Shown piece by piece: positions 49,880 through 58,315 of a stretch of 64,000 bases of DNA. The stretch is from the NCBI GenBank assembly GCA_041661385.1, contig JBAZUP010000001.1, positions 145,692-209,691 of the forward strand, written 5' to 3'. Numbering within the stretch: position 1 is the first letter of the stretch; every line of letters starts with the position of its first letter. This stretch comes from Patescibacteria group bacterium. Its GTDB lineage: Bacteria > Patescibacteriota > Patescibacteriia > Magasanikbacterales > GWA2-37-8. The notes under the pieces are model-generated. The model worked only from the letters and a program-made list of their open reading frames with translations, was not told where the DNA came from and did not search any database. The position numbers and the translations under genes were made by a program.

Positions 49880-50287
49880 TTAATTACTGTTAAAAAAGTA
49901 ATTCCACCACTGACGTGGGTTGGAAATTCTAATTGATTCTAACATAGAGGAATTTGTTTGTCCATCCTTTTTAGACGCCCCACCGATAACAATAACCTGA
50001 TTTTCACCGGGCTTTATTAAACCAAAATTTGTCCGGCCGATTTGTTCAGCATAAGCAGGCGATTTTACTTTTTCAAGAATTGCTTTCAGTTCGGCATTGG
50101 TGTTTTCAACTTTTTGCGCCTCTTCTAGCATGTGATTTATTTCAACCCGTAAAATATAATTTTGGTAATATTTTTGAGCAAAAAAATATGCAAGAAGCGC
50201 AAAAAACAACGACCCACCGATTAAAAACCAGCGAGATTTTAAAAATTTCTTTGTTGCTCCTTTTTGCTGTTCCATAGGAATAGCCAC
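49880..50287 (-). CDS. FtsB/DivIC-like septum-formation initiator family membrane protein
   Basis: Single TM followed by a coiled coil (LEEAQKVENTNAELKAILEKV); weak. Confidence 0.4.
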   Translation of the reverse strand: MAIPMEQQKGATKKFLKSRWFLIGGSLFFALLAYFFAQKYYQNYILRVEINHMLEEAQKVENTNAELKAILEKVKSPAYAEQIGRTNFGLIKPGENQVIVIGGASKKDGQTNSSMLESIRISNPRQWWNYFFNSN

Positions 50288-50292
50288 TATTA

Positions 50293-50943
50293 TTATATCA
50301 TTTCCAAATCTTCTTTTACACCTTCATCGGCAATTTTTTTAAGCTGACTGTTTACACGCTGGTAAAGCATAGTAAGCTCAGCTTCACTCAGGTCCGGAAC
50401 TATTTTTAAGACTTGTTTGAGCAAAGCTGAATTATTTATATACTGATTATTTCGGTTAGCTGCCTCTCGACGCTCAAACAGTAAATTTTGAACGCGGCCG
50501 GGCTTGGGAACTTTTTCGATTTCAAAGGTAAATTTACCGTCTCTCGGGTGTAAAGTGATTAAGCCATAATTTAAAATTGTCGGCAAAAAACCTTTTTTTA
50601 TTACCACCACATCAACTAAATCGGTAAAATTAAGCGTTGCTAAAGTTTCGGAAAATAGTGATTCTCTTTGAATATCAAAAATTCTTTCGTTAGTTACTAC
50701 CAAATAATTCGAACGATTAAATAATGCTCCATATAAAACTAAATATAAACCTAGAGCCCAAACAGCACCATAAAAAATTTGACCCTCAAGTCCTTTTTGC
50801 CAAAACCAAAAAGTAAAAAATGAATTAACAAGCAAAATAACTAAACCAATACCAATTCGAAAAAAACTATGGACCATGGCGGGTTTTATTATTTCGACAA
50901 CTAACTCCCCATTTCGAAGCGGCAAATTTTTTATTCTAGTCAT
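50293..50943 (-). CDS. Membrane protein with bacterial PH (YdbS/YdbT-like) domain
   Basis: Two TM hairpin preceding a ~100 aa domain, pattern typical of bPH_2 proteins. Weak. Confidence 0.3.
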   Translation of the reverse strand: MTRIKNLPLRNGELVVEIIKPAMVHSFFRIGIGLVILLVNSFFTFWFWQKGLEGQIFYGAVWALGLYLVLYGALFNRSNYLVVTNERIFDIQRESLFSETLATLNFTDLVDVVVIKKGFLPTILNYGLITLHPRDGKFTFEIEKVPKPGRVQNLLFERREAANRNNQYINNSALLKQVLKIVPDLSEAELTMLYQRVNSQLKKIADEGVKEDLEMI

Positions 50944-52235
50944 AATAATTCTGCTAATAATTTTTTTGCAACTTCACGATCGTCCCAAGGGATCTTTTTT
51001 CCGTTCGCAATACCAATATATGGTTCCGTGCCTTTGGCAGTGATAGCAACCGTATCACCAACAGTAGCAATTCGAAATGCGGTTTGTATTGCAGTTTTTC
51101 GATCTAGTTCAATAAACAAATCAATTTTATCGTGTTTTCCGGCTGCCCTTGCTCCTTCTGCAAGCATCTCAGCGATTTCGGCCGGGTTTTCATCATAACA
51201 ATTTACATCCGTAATAATTACAATGTCAGTCATTTTTCCGGCAATATTTCCCATTGTGCTACGTTTTTGAACATCACGTCCGCCTCCATCTGAACCAACA
51301 ACACTAATTATCCTACCCGAAGTCATTTTTCTAAGGCTGTTAAACAAAGCTGTTAAACTCATTGATTCGTGAGCATAATCTACTACCACCTTAAAGGATT
51401 GGCCTGCTTCAATAAATTCCATTCGACCGGGAACAAGTTTTACGCCTAATAAGGCATCACGAATTAATTCATATTTAATTCCAAAACTTTTTCCGACTAC
51501 CGCTGCTGCCAATCCATTATAAACATTAAAATCGCCGACTAACCCCAGAGTATATTTTTCTTCACCGATTGTAAACGACTGATCTTCGTCTGCTACTTTT
51601 TTTGCGAGCACCGACTCTGAATCTTTAAATGTTTTTTCCGTAAAACCATAAATATATTTACGATCGGCACCAAACGAAAGGAAATAATCAACCTCTTTAT
51701 CATCGCCGTTTGCAACAATGGTTTTTGGAACAACTACACCATTAAGTTTTTTTTGACAAACCTTTTTTAAACATGCAAATATCTTACCTTTATCATTTCG
51801 TAAATTTTCAAAACCGCCATGGCGCTCCGCGTGCTCTGAACCAAGATTTGTAAACACGCACAAATCATAATTCAAACCATAATGCCGATATTGTAAAATC
51901 CCCTCCGAAGAAGTTTCGACAACGACATGGGTACAGCCGGCCATAACCATATCATGAAGCATTTTCTGAATCTGTCCGCGGCCCAGCATGGTCATTTTTT
52001 TATCATTAAACCAATGCTTGTCGCCAATCTGAAACTCAACAGTCGACAAAAGTCCAACCTTAAAACCGCCTTTTTCTAACACCGAAGCAACAAGACGACT
52101 GGTGGTCGATTTGCCTTTTGTACCGGTAACGCCGATAACAATAATTTTTCGAGAGGGACGGCTGTAAAACCAATATGCAAAAAAAGCAATTAGCCAATGT
52201 AATAATTTTTTACTCATTTTAATAAGCGGCTCCAT
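50940..52235 (-). CDS. Mur ligase family protein, MurE-like, with N-terminal membrane segment instead of the usual N-domain
   Basis: P-loop GVTGTKGKSTT, GRMEFIE and VVDYAHESMSL (DxAH) Mur-ligase motifs. Confidence 0.65.
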   Translation of the reverse strand: MEPLIKMSKKLLHWLIAFFAYWFYSRPSRKIIVIGVTGTKGKSTTSRLVASVLEKGGFKVGLLSTVEFQIGDKHWFNDKKMTMLGRGQIQKMLHDMVMAGCTHVVVETSSEGILQYRHYGLNYDLCVFTNLGSEHAERHGGFENLRNDKGKIFACLKKVCQKKLNGVVVPKTIVANGDDKEVDYFLSFGADRKYIYGFTEKTFKDSESVLAKKVADEDQSFTIGEEKYTLGLVGDFNVYNGLAAAVVGKSFGIKYELIRDALLGVKLVPGRMEFIEAGQSFKVVVDYAHESMSLTALFNSLRKMTSGRIISVVGSDGGGRDVQKRSTMGNIAGKMTDIVIITDVNCYDENPAEIAEMLAEGARAAGKHDKIDLFIELDRKTAIQTAFRIATVGDTVAITAKGTEPYIGIANGKKIPWDDREVAKKLLAELL

Positions 52236-52243
52236 AAAGCACT

Positions 52244-52837
52244 CTAGGCCTTAAGACTCACCTCGTAAACAATTTGTTGAAGTTTATTTAATGCGTGTTT
52301 GGCCTGATCAAATTTCTGGCGATGATATCCGGTCAAATCCATATCAATAAGTTCATTGATAATCGCTTCGGAAACTTCGTAACAATGTTTTACAATTTCA
52401 AATTTTCTTTCCGTCGCAGATTTTATCGCGTAGCGCACTATTTCTCCTGGCACATCGCAAAGTCCGCTAATAAACATATCTGAATCCACAGGAAGCTCAT
52501 CGATTTGCCCTAACTCTTTGCCTTGAATAAAAGATGTAAACAATCTAGCTTCAACATATTCCTCGAGAGCAGCCCGGAAAGCACCTTCATCAAAAATCCC
52601 CTCTTCGCCGTGGTATTTTTTTACCAAACTATCGAGAATTGATAGAGACTTATCGAGACATTCTTTGGCTTCTTTAGTTTCGTCTCGCTGAAGGGCAAAT
52701 ATGCACTTTTTAGCGAGGTGTTGGGCGTCGCCCGAGGCCTTAATTAGGGTGCGGCGCTTTTCCGCATAAGATAGCAATTCTTCGCGAACCTTTTTAAAAT
52801 ACTTGAGATTTAACATAAATATATTAAAATTATCCAC
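52244..52837 (-). CDS. All-helical hypothetical protein
   Basis: No motif recognised, possibly translin/PhoU-like helical bundle. Confidence 0.3.
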   Translation of the reverse strand: MDNFNIFMLNLKYFKKVREELLSYAEKRRTLIKASGDAQHLAKKCIFALQRDETKEAKECLDKSLSILDSLVKKYHGEEGIFDEGAFRAALEEYVEARLFTSFIQGKELGQIDELPVDSDMFISGLCDVPGEIVRYAIKSATERKFEIVKHCYEVSEAIINELIDMDLTGYHRQKFDQAKHALNKLQQIVYEVSLKA

Positions 52838-52900
52838 CCTGGGACTTGATTTTTATGCTAAAGTAGTATATCATGTACGAAGTCTGAAGTCTATTTAGAC

Positions 52901-52973
52901 GGGTTGGTAGCTCAGCTGGTAGAGCAGCTCCCTTTTAAGGAGAAGGTCATGGGTTCGAATCCCATCCGACCCA
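52901..52973 (+). tRNA. tRNA-Lys (TTT)
   Basis: gggttgg-ta-gctc-agctggta-gagc-a-gctcc-ctTTTaa-ggaga-aggtc-atggg-ttcgaat-cccat-ccgaccc-a. Confidence 0.85.
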
Positions 52974-52981
52974 CAAATATA

Positions 52982-53005
52982 AAAGCCGCATTTATGCGGT
53001 TTTTA
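52982..53005. terminator. Hairpin agccgca-ttta-tgcggtt + T-run after tRNA-Lys, symmetric
   Basis: 7 bp stem (one G-U) flanked by AAAA and TTTTT. Confidence 0.5.
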
Positions 53006-53009
53006 TATT

Positions 53010-53190
53010 TGTGTGGGAGGAGCGACCAAACTGCTTTGGTCGCGTATGGGGTGAGAACGCCGGAGCCATGTCCGAGGAGCTTTGCTGGCGACGAGGACGG
53101 CGAGGCGGTGGCTAGCCCGAATGAGCGGAAGCGAATGAGAGGCGAAGCAGAATCCCGGATAAAGCGCGCGAGAATCCCCCGACCTACTTC
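53010..53190. other. GC-rich (~60%) purine-rich non-coding islet with 9-bp perfect hairpin gcgaccaaa-ctgc-tttggtcgc and tandem gcGAATGAGngg units
   Basis: No ORF over 25 codons on either strand once the read-through of tRNA-Lys is discounted. Composition contrasts sharply with the flanks. Confidence 0.3.
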
Positions 53191-54203
53191 AAATACTTAT
53201 CAAAAAACGCGACTGATCTTTTCATTGCGAGGTCAAAGTTCGGAGCTGATAAATTATGATTGCCGTTTTTATAGGTATATAATTCTATCTTCTTTTTTGC
53301 CAATTTCATCTTATTATAAAATCCGCGCGAGAAATCAATCGGCACATCCAGATCTTTTGTACCGGCGTGAAGCTGAATCGGTGTAGTTATGTCTTTTATA
53401 TAATAGGTTGGATCGACAAGTTTCCAATAACTAAGATTTGTTTTTGGTGTGCCATATTTCGCGATAATCTTTTTGCGATAATCTTGCTTCACTGAGATGT
53501 CCTTTGGCGAAGGTCTGTATACAGCTTTCGGATTATTATCCGGCCAATTGAACATAATATCGCGGTATGATGCTACTACCCCACCCCAGATGACTGCTGC
53601 TTTAATGCTTTTACCATCTACTAATAAATTTTTTAAAGTTATATTTCCACCCATTGAATGAGCCCAGTAACCGATTTTTTTTGCATTAACATCGGGATAT
53701 TTTTTTAGACTTGAAAGCGCGTTCAAAACATCGATAGCGTACGCAGGTGAATAATACACACCCTCTGGAGCACCCTCAGACTCCGCGTGCCCGCGATAAT
53801 CTGGTTTAAAAACTACATAACCTTTTTTTGCAAAATAATCTACATAGGCCGCGTAGCGCTTTTCCGTGGTATATACTTCGGGTTGAACATAGCCGTGAAG
53901 AAAAAGAATCGCCGGCCAGCCACCAATAGGCTTTTCACCCTTTGGCACAGTTAGCAAACCATTTTCCTTTAATCCATCAGACTCATAGGAAACAATATAG
54001 CGATAATAAGTACTAGAGGCATCTAACTCACTTACAACGACAAAATCACTGCCCGGGTAAGCGCGCGCTTTAAGCGAAGATATTTTAAGCTGGTTTGCTA
54101 TTTGCGAAACAGAAAGTTCTTTTACAGTTGAAGTTGTTTCTGCCAAAACCGAACCCGCTACAAATATAAAAGCAAATACAATGATTGCCGTTATTTTTTT
54201 CAT
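53184..54203 (-). CDS. Secreted alpha/beta hydrolase (S9 / dienelactone-hydrolase-like)
   Basis: Signal peptide, nucleophile elbow GYWAHSMGG, C-terminal Asp/His. Confidence 0.7.
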   Translation of the reverse strand: MKKITAIIVFAFIFVAGSVLAETTSTVKELSVSQIANQLKISSLKARAYPGSDFVVVSELDASSTYYRYIVSYESDGLKENGLLTVPKGEKPIGGWPAILFLHGYVQPEVYTTEKRYAAYVDYFAKKGYVVFKPDYRGHAESEGAPEGVYYSPAYAIDVLNALSSLKKYPDVNAKKIGYWAHSMGGNITLKNLLVDGKSIKAAVIWGGVVASYRDIMFNWPDNNPKAVYRPSPKDISVKQDYRKKIIAKYGTPKTNLSYWKLVDPTYYIKDITTPIQLHAGTKDLDVPIDFSRGFYNKMKLAKKKIELYTYKNGNHNLSAPNFDLAMKRSVAFFDKYLK

Positions 54204-54769
54204 AATTTTTTCAATTCACTTGCCAGCGCTTCTAATTCATCTTTAAGCGGACTTTCAGGCCAGCGCCCTACAAGGACAGAAATAATTTTTAGATACTTTT
54301 CAATAGTTTTTTCTTTTGACTCGCTAAATCTTTTAAAAGTTATATCGCCATATCGCCCATGGTCATCTAAAATCTCGGCAATATTATTTAAAACATCGGC
54401 GGATTTAAGCATGATAGAATCATGAGAAAAAGTTTTTAACCGTTCTAAAACTTCCGCCTTACGCTCTTCTTTTTTTAATTGTTTATTATCCGTTACACTT
54501 ACCACCAAATCTGAAACATTTTTGCCAAATCTTTCTGTTAGCATTTCCGCTGTTACTTTTTTATCTTCTGAACTATCCTCTATCGTGTCATGAAGGATAC
54601 CCGCGCAAATAACATCTTCATCAGCTTCGTGCAAAGCTAAAATAAGCGCAACCGTGAGCGGATGTGTGATATATGGAATATCTTTACCTTTTCGTTTTTG
54701 ATCCTGATAATGCTGATGAGTTTTTGCGGCAAACTTAATGGCACGATGAATTTTCTCGGTATATTTCAT
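54200..54769 (-). CDS. HD-domain protein of the RelA/SpoT hydrolase family (small alarmone hydrolase-like)
   Basis: HP...HD (ITHPLTVALIL...GILHDTIEDS) motif arrangement; start moved to MKYTEK. Confidence 0.7.
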   Translation of the reverse strand: MKYTEKIHRAIKFAAKTHQHYQDQKRKGKDIPYITHPLTVALILALHEADEDVICAGILHDTIEDSSEDKKVTAEMLTERFGKNVSDLVVSVTDNKQLKKEERKAEVLERLKTFSHDSIMLKSADVLNNIAEILDDHGRYGDITFKRFSESKEKTIEKYLKIISVLVGRWPESPLKDELEALASELKKL

Positions 54770-54870
54770 ATATAAACAAACAATATTTCTAACAAAACTA
54801 TAACATGGAATATTAAAAAGATACACCCCCTCACCATTTGCATGATGAAGGGGTTAAAGAGGTACCTTTT

Positions 54871-55356
54871 TTAGACTTTGGTTCCGCAACAGGGACACCC
54901 ATGATTAATGGAAACCACTGGAGTTCCCTCGATTTCGATGGCGGTTGCTGATGAAACAATGCAGACTGAGATTGGAACAAGCTGGGGCGTGCTTGGAGCA
55001 AATTTACGGGTAAAGATTCTTTCCCGTACTTCTTCCAAGCATTTTTTGCTAAAAGCAATTTCTTGCACATGCAAAATCTTTTGTCCCTGATCGAGACGCA
55101 AATTTGCTTTCAGACACTTGAACTTGGCTCCTGCTCCCAAACTTTTGGCGAGAGCAGTAAAAATTTTCGTTCGATAGTCTGCGACTACCAGATCTATTAC
55201 GCAAAGACTATGTCTCTGCACTTCTTTGGTAATAAAATCCAATGCCCGGTCGCGAAACAATTTATTCTGAAGTTTTATAATCGTTTGTCGATATTCTTCC
55301 CGGATGGCCTCCCGACTCGCAAGCAAATACTTATCATTAAATTTTTTTTTCATCAT
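54871..55356 (-). CDS. Hypothetical protein ending in HGCPCCGTKV
   Basis: 161 aa, no family recognised. Confidence 0.35.
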   Translation of the reverse strand: MMKKKFNDKYLLASREAIREEYRQTIIKLQNKLFRDRALDFITKEVQRHSLCVIDLVVADYRTKIFTALAKSLGAGAKFKCLKANLRLDQGQKILHVQEIAFSKKCLEEVRERIFTRKFAPSTPQLVPISVCIVSSATAIEIEGTPVVSINHGCPCCGTKV

Positions 55357-55490
55357 TCACCTCGGCGAAAAAAGGTTAGTATAAAAACTTGCTGCAATTT
55401 TCTCACCTCACGACTTGCGCGTCAACGAAAATCTGTGCATAACTCAGCTATTTTTCGACTTTTCAATAAACCCATGTCTGCTATAATACA

Positions 55491-55519
55491 TTGACAAAAG
55501 TGCTTTTTTGTGGTATAAT
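55491..55519 (+). promoter_or_regulatory. Perfect consensus sigma70 promoter TTGACA-17-TATAAT
   Basis: TTGACA at 55491-55496, 17-nt spacer, TATAAT at 55514-55519, 26 nt before the ATG of the 55546 gene. Confidence 0.6.
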
Positions 55520-55545
55520 TATTTGTACTTTTAACCATATATTAT

Positions 55546-55881
55546 ATGAGAGAAACCCAACGAGGTTATCGACCTGAAGATATAAAAGCTCGCGACAAAT
55601 CTGCGCTTGATGCTTCATTTCGAGCTTCAAAAGAGACACCAAATGATATTATTGAATTAACAGACGAAGATTTAGCAATCAAACCGGAAGACAGAATTAA
55701 ATCAACCGGACATGAATTTGATCTCGACCTTGGAACAGAAGATATTGATATCGATGTCGATTGGAGCAAGGCTGACAAAGAAGAAGCTGAACGACGCGGT
55801 GTACCGGTTGAAGTGATAAAAAAAATTAGAGAAGCAAAGGAAAAGAGTGAAGAAATAAATAAAAGAGCAAAAAGAAATTAA
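55546..55881 (+). CDS. Acidic (D/E-rich) 111-aa hypothetical protein
   Basis: Host-like codon usage, own promoter and own terminator; no motif. Confidence 0.5.
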   Translation: MRETQRGYRPEDIKARDKSALDASFRASKETPNDIIELTDEDLAIKPEDRIKSTGHEFDLDLGTEDIDIDVDWSKADKEEAERRGVPVEVIKKIREAKEKSEEINKRAKRN

Positions 55882-55885
55882 ATTT

Positions 55886-55914
55886 AAAACCCGCCTAATC
55901 GGCGGGTTTTTTAT
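55886..55914. terminator. Bidirectional terminator aacccgcc-taatc-ggcgggtt + T-run
   Basis: 8 bp stem; between convergent 55546 (+) and murG (-). Confidence 0.6.
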
Positions 55915-55917
55915 TTT

Positions 55918-56994
55918 TTAATATTCTTTTGTAAGCAGTTCAATAATCTCAATTATTTTTTTAGGATCTGTCTGGGGCAATAAATCGTGAAGTTTGTCGC
56001 CTAATTCTTTTAAGTATTGTTTTTTAGGAACAAGCTCTTTCAGCATTTGCGCGAGCCTCAAACCGTTTATGCCGTTATCAAGCATTATTATTCCCCCGTT
56101 CTTTGCAAACACTCTCGCATTCTCTTCTTGGTGTGTACCAAACATCGGCAAAATTATTGCCGGTTTACTAAGAACGGCTAATTCGGTAAGGGTAGAAAAC
56201 CCAGCGCGCGCAACAACAATATCGGCTACTGCGTAGGCGTCTTTCATTTCACTTACAAAAAAATCATAAACATGATAATTTGGAAAAATTCCCGCCGCCC
56301 GCTCGGATAATTCCTTCGGTCGTTCTTTCCCTACCAAATGAATGACGTGCCAATCTTCGGGAAGTTGCGGAATCGCGGAAAGCACCAGTTGATTAATAGT
56401 CGCGGAACCGGTTCCCCCGCCAAGCGCAAATATTATCGGTTTTCCTTCCGGAATACCAAATTTATTTCTTGCTTCATTTTTATCGGACACTTGCAGATCT
56501 CGAGATGGGTTGCCGATCCATTCAGTTTTTTTTGGCGGTAATTTTGCGGCTGTTTCCGCGAGCGCCGCCGTAGTTTTGAAAGCCAATTTAAACATGAGTT
56601 TGTTCGCGAGGCCGATTTGAGCATCTTGCTGATGAACCCAGGCCGGCATACCAAGGAAAGCTCCGGCAAAATGCACCGGTACACTTACATATCCCCCGGC
56701 CGAAATTAACAAATCCGGTTTTTCACGAATTAAAATAACTAACGCGTGAAAGAAAGCGATAATAAGCTTGAATAAATCGATAATATTAAGAAGTGAAAAA
56801 TAGCGTCGCCATTTTGCCGATCCGATTGTCAAAAACGGTATTCCGTTATTTTCAACTAAAACCCGTTCTGGTCCGGTTTTAGTACCAATCCAAATAAATT
56901 TAACTTCTGGATTGAATTCACGGTAACTTTCGGCAATTGCAATAAGAGGCACGACCGGCCCCAGTGTCCCCCCGCCGGACAAAACAATCTTCAT
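55918..56994 (-). CDS. murG: Lipid II synthase MurG (UDP-GlcNAc:MurNAc-pentapeptide-PP-undecaprenol GlcNAc transferase)
   Basis: N-terminal G-loop GGGTLGPVVP, C-terminal GT28 domain; 358 aa. Confidence 0.88.
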   Translation of the reverse strand: MKIVLSGGGTLGPVVPLIAIAESYREFNPEVKFIWIGTKTGPERVLVENNGIPFLTIGSAKWRRYFSLLNIIDLFKLIIAFFHALVILIREKPDLLISAGGYVSVPVHFAGAFLGMPAWVHQQDAQIGLANKLMFKLAFKTTAALAETAAKLPPKKTEWIGNPSRDLQVSDKNEARNKFGIPEGKPIIFALGGGTGSATINQLVLSAIPQLPEDWHVIHLVGKERPKELSERAAGIFPNYHVYDFFVSEMKDAYAVADIVVARAGFSTLTELAVLSKPAIILPMFGTHQEENARVFAKNGGIIMLDNGINGLRLAQMLKELVPKKQYLKELGDKLHDLLPQTDPKKIIEIIELLTKEY

Positions 56995-57003
56995 ACGCTA
57001 ATT

Positions 57004-58293
57004 CTAATAATCGCGAAGTTTGCTGACGATTTCGGTATGTTGAATTTTTTCGAGAGCTTTGGCTTCAATTTGACGAATACGTTCGCGTGTAACACCAAAT
57101 TCCTGGCCCACTTCTTCAAGGGTGTGTGTAACGCCGTCACCGAGACCAAACCGCATTTCTAGAATTTTTTGTTCACGTGGCGCCAAATCCTTGATTGCGT
57201 CGTGCACATAATCACGGAGAATTTGAAGACCGGCCGAACGATCGGGAGAAATATTTTTAACATCTTCAATAAAATCACTTAATTGAGTATCCTCATCATC
57301 ATCACCAATTGGCACTTCAAGTGACATTGTGTCCTGAGAAATTTTTATAATATGTTGAATTTTCGAAACCTCTTCACCCATTTCCGCTGCTAATTCCTCT
57401 GGAGTGGGGTCGCGGCCAAGATCCTGAAGCAGCCGACGCTGAACTTGTTGAAAGCGATTAATAGTTTCAACCATGTGGACTGGAATACGAATCGTACGAG
57501 ATTGATCGGCAAGAGCGCGGGTAATGGCCTGACGAATCCACCAGGTGGCATAAGTTGAAAATTTGTAGCCTTTGCGGTAATCAAACTTTTTTACTGCCCG
57601 GAATAAGCCAATATTTCCTTCCTGAATAAGATCTAGCAAGGTAAGACTTTTGCCAACAAATTTTTTAGCAATTGAAACAACCAGGCGCAAGTTCGCCTCG
57701 ATAAGCTTGGCCTCGGCCGCTTTATCATTTCTTTCCTTGCGTTTGGCGAGCACAACTTCTTCCTCAGCCTTAAGCAGTGGAATCTTGCCGATTTCACGCA
57801 AATACATCTGAATTGAATCCGAAGAAATTTGACCCAAATCAAAAGGAACATCCATATCGGGCTGTTCACCTTGAAATTGCTTTAAAGTTTTTTTGTTTAC
57901 ATCGTGATTTCCGAGCAAGCTTCCTGCTCCCTCAACTACAGAAATTCCGTTTTTTTCGGTTATTTCAAGAAAGGCCTCATACAGTTCGAGGTAACATTCT
58001 GGCCGAGGCATGGTTTGCATTAATTCCGCTTCCGTAATAAAACCGCGATTGCGGCCTTTTTTAATGAGCGCCCAAATAACTTCGGCTGGCGGCTCGACTA
58101 CTTCTTCCGGAATAAATTTTTCTTTTTTCTTGGCTTGAAGTTTTTTAAATTTTTTGTCGTCGCGTTTTACGGCTTTGACATTTAATTTTTTGCTTACAGC
58201 CTTCTGGGCTGCGTGTTTTGGTTTGGCGGATTTAACCACCTTTTTTAATTTTTTGGCTTTGCCAACTTTTGGACTTTTTGACTTTACAGTCAT
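57004..58293 (-). CDS. rpoD: Primary sigma factor RpoD (sigma70)
   Basis: Regions 1.2-4 present: [13 protein letters not shown] (2.4), lysine-rich N-terminal extension, region 4 HTH. Confidence 0.95.
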   Translation of the reverse strand: MTVKSKSPKVGKAKKLKKVVKSAKPKHAAQKAVSKKLNVKAVKRDDKKFKKLQAKKKEKFIPEEVVEPPAEVIWALIKKGRNRGFITEAELMQTMPRPECYLELYEAFLEITEKNGISVVEGAGSLLGNHDVNKKTLKQFQGEQPDMDVPFDLGQISSDSIQMYLREIGKIPLLKAEEEVVLAKRKERNDKAAEAKLIEANLRLVVSIAKKFVGKSLTLLDLIQEGNIGLFRAVKKFDYRKGYKFSTYATWWIRQAITRALADQSRTIRIPVHMVETINRFQQVQRRLLQDLGRDPTPEELAAEMGEEVSKIQHIIKISQDTMSLEVPIGDDDEDTQLSDFIEDVKNISPDRSAGLQILRDYVHDAIKDLAPREQKILEMRFGLGDGVTHTLEEVGQEFGVTRERIRQIEAKALEKIQHTEIVSKLRDY

Positions 58294-58315
58294 GTTGCCT
58301 TATTAAAAATATTTT

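Noticed and set aside
52904-53386. 160-aa plus-strand ORF in the six-frame track
   Set aside because: It reads straight through tRNA-Lys and the GC-rich non-coding islet and runs antisense into the hydrolase gene, so it is an artifact of low stop-codon density in GC-rich DNA.
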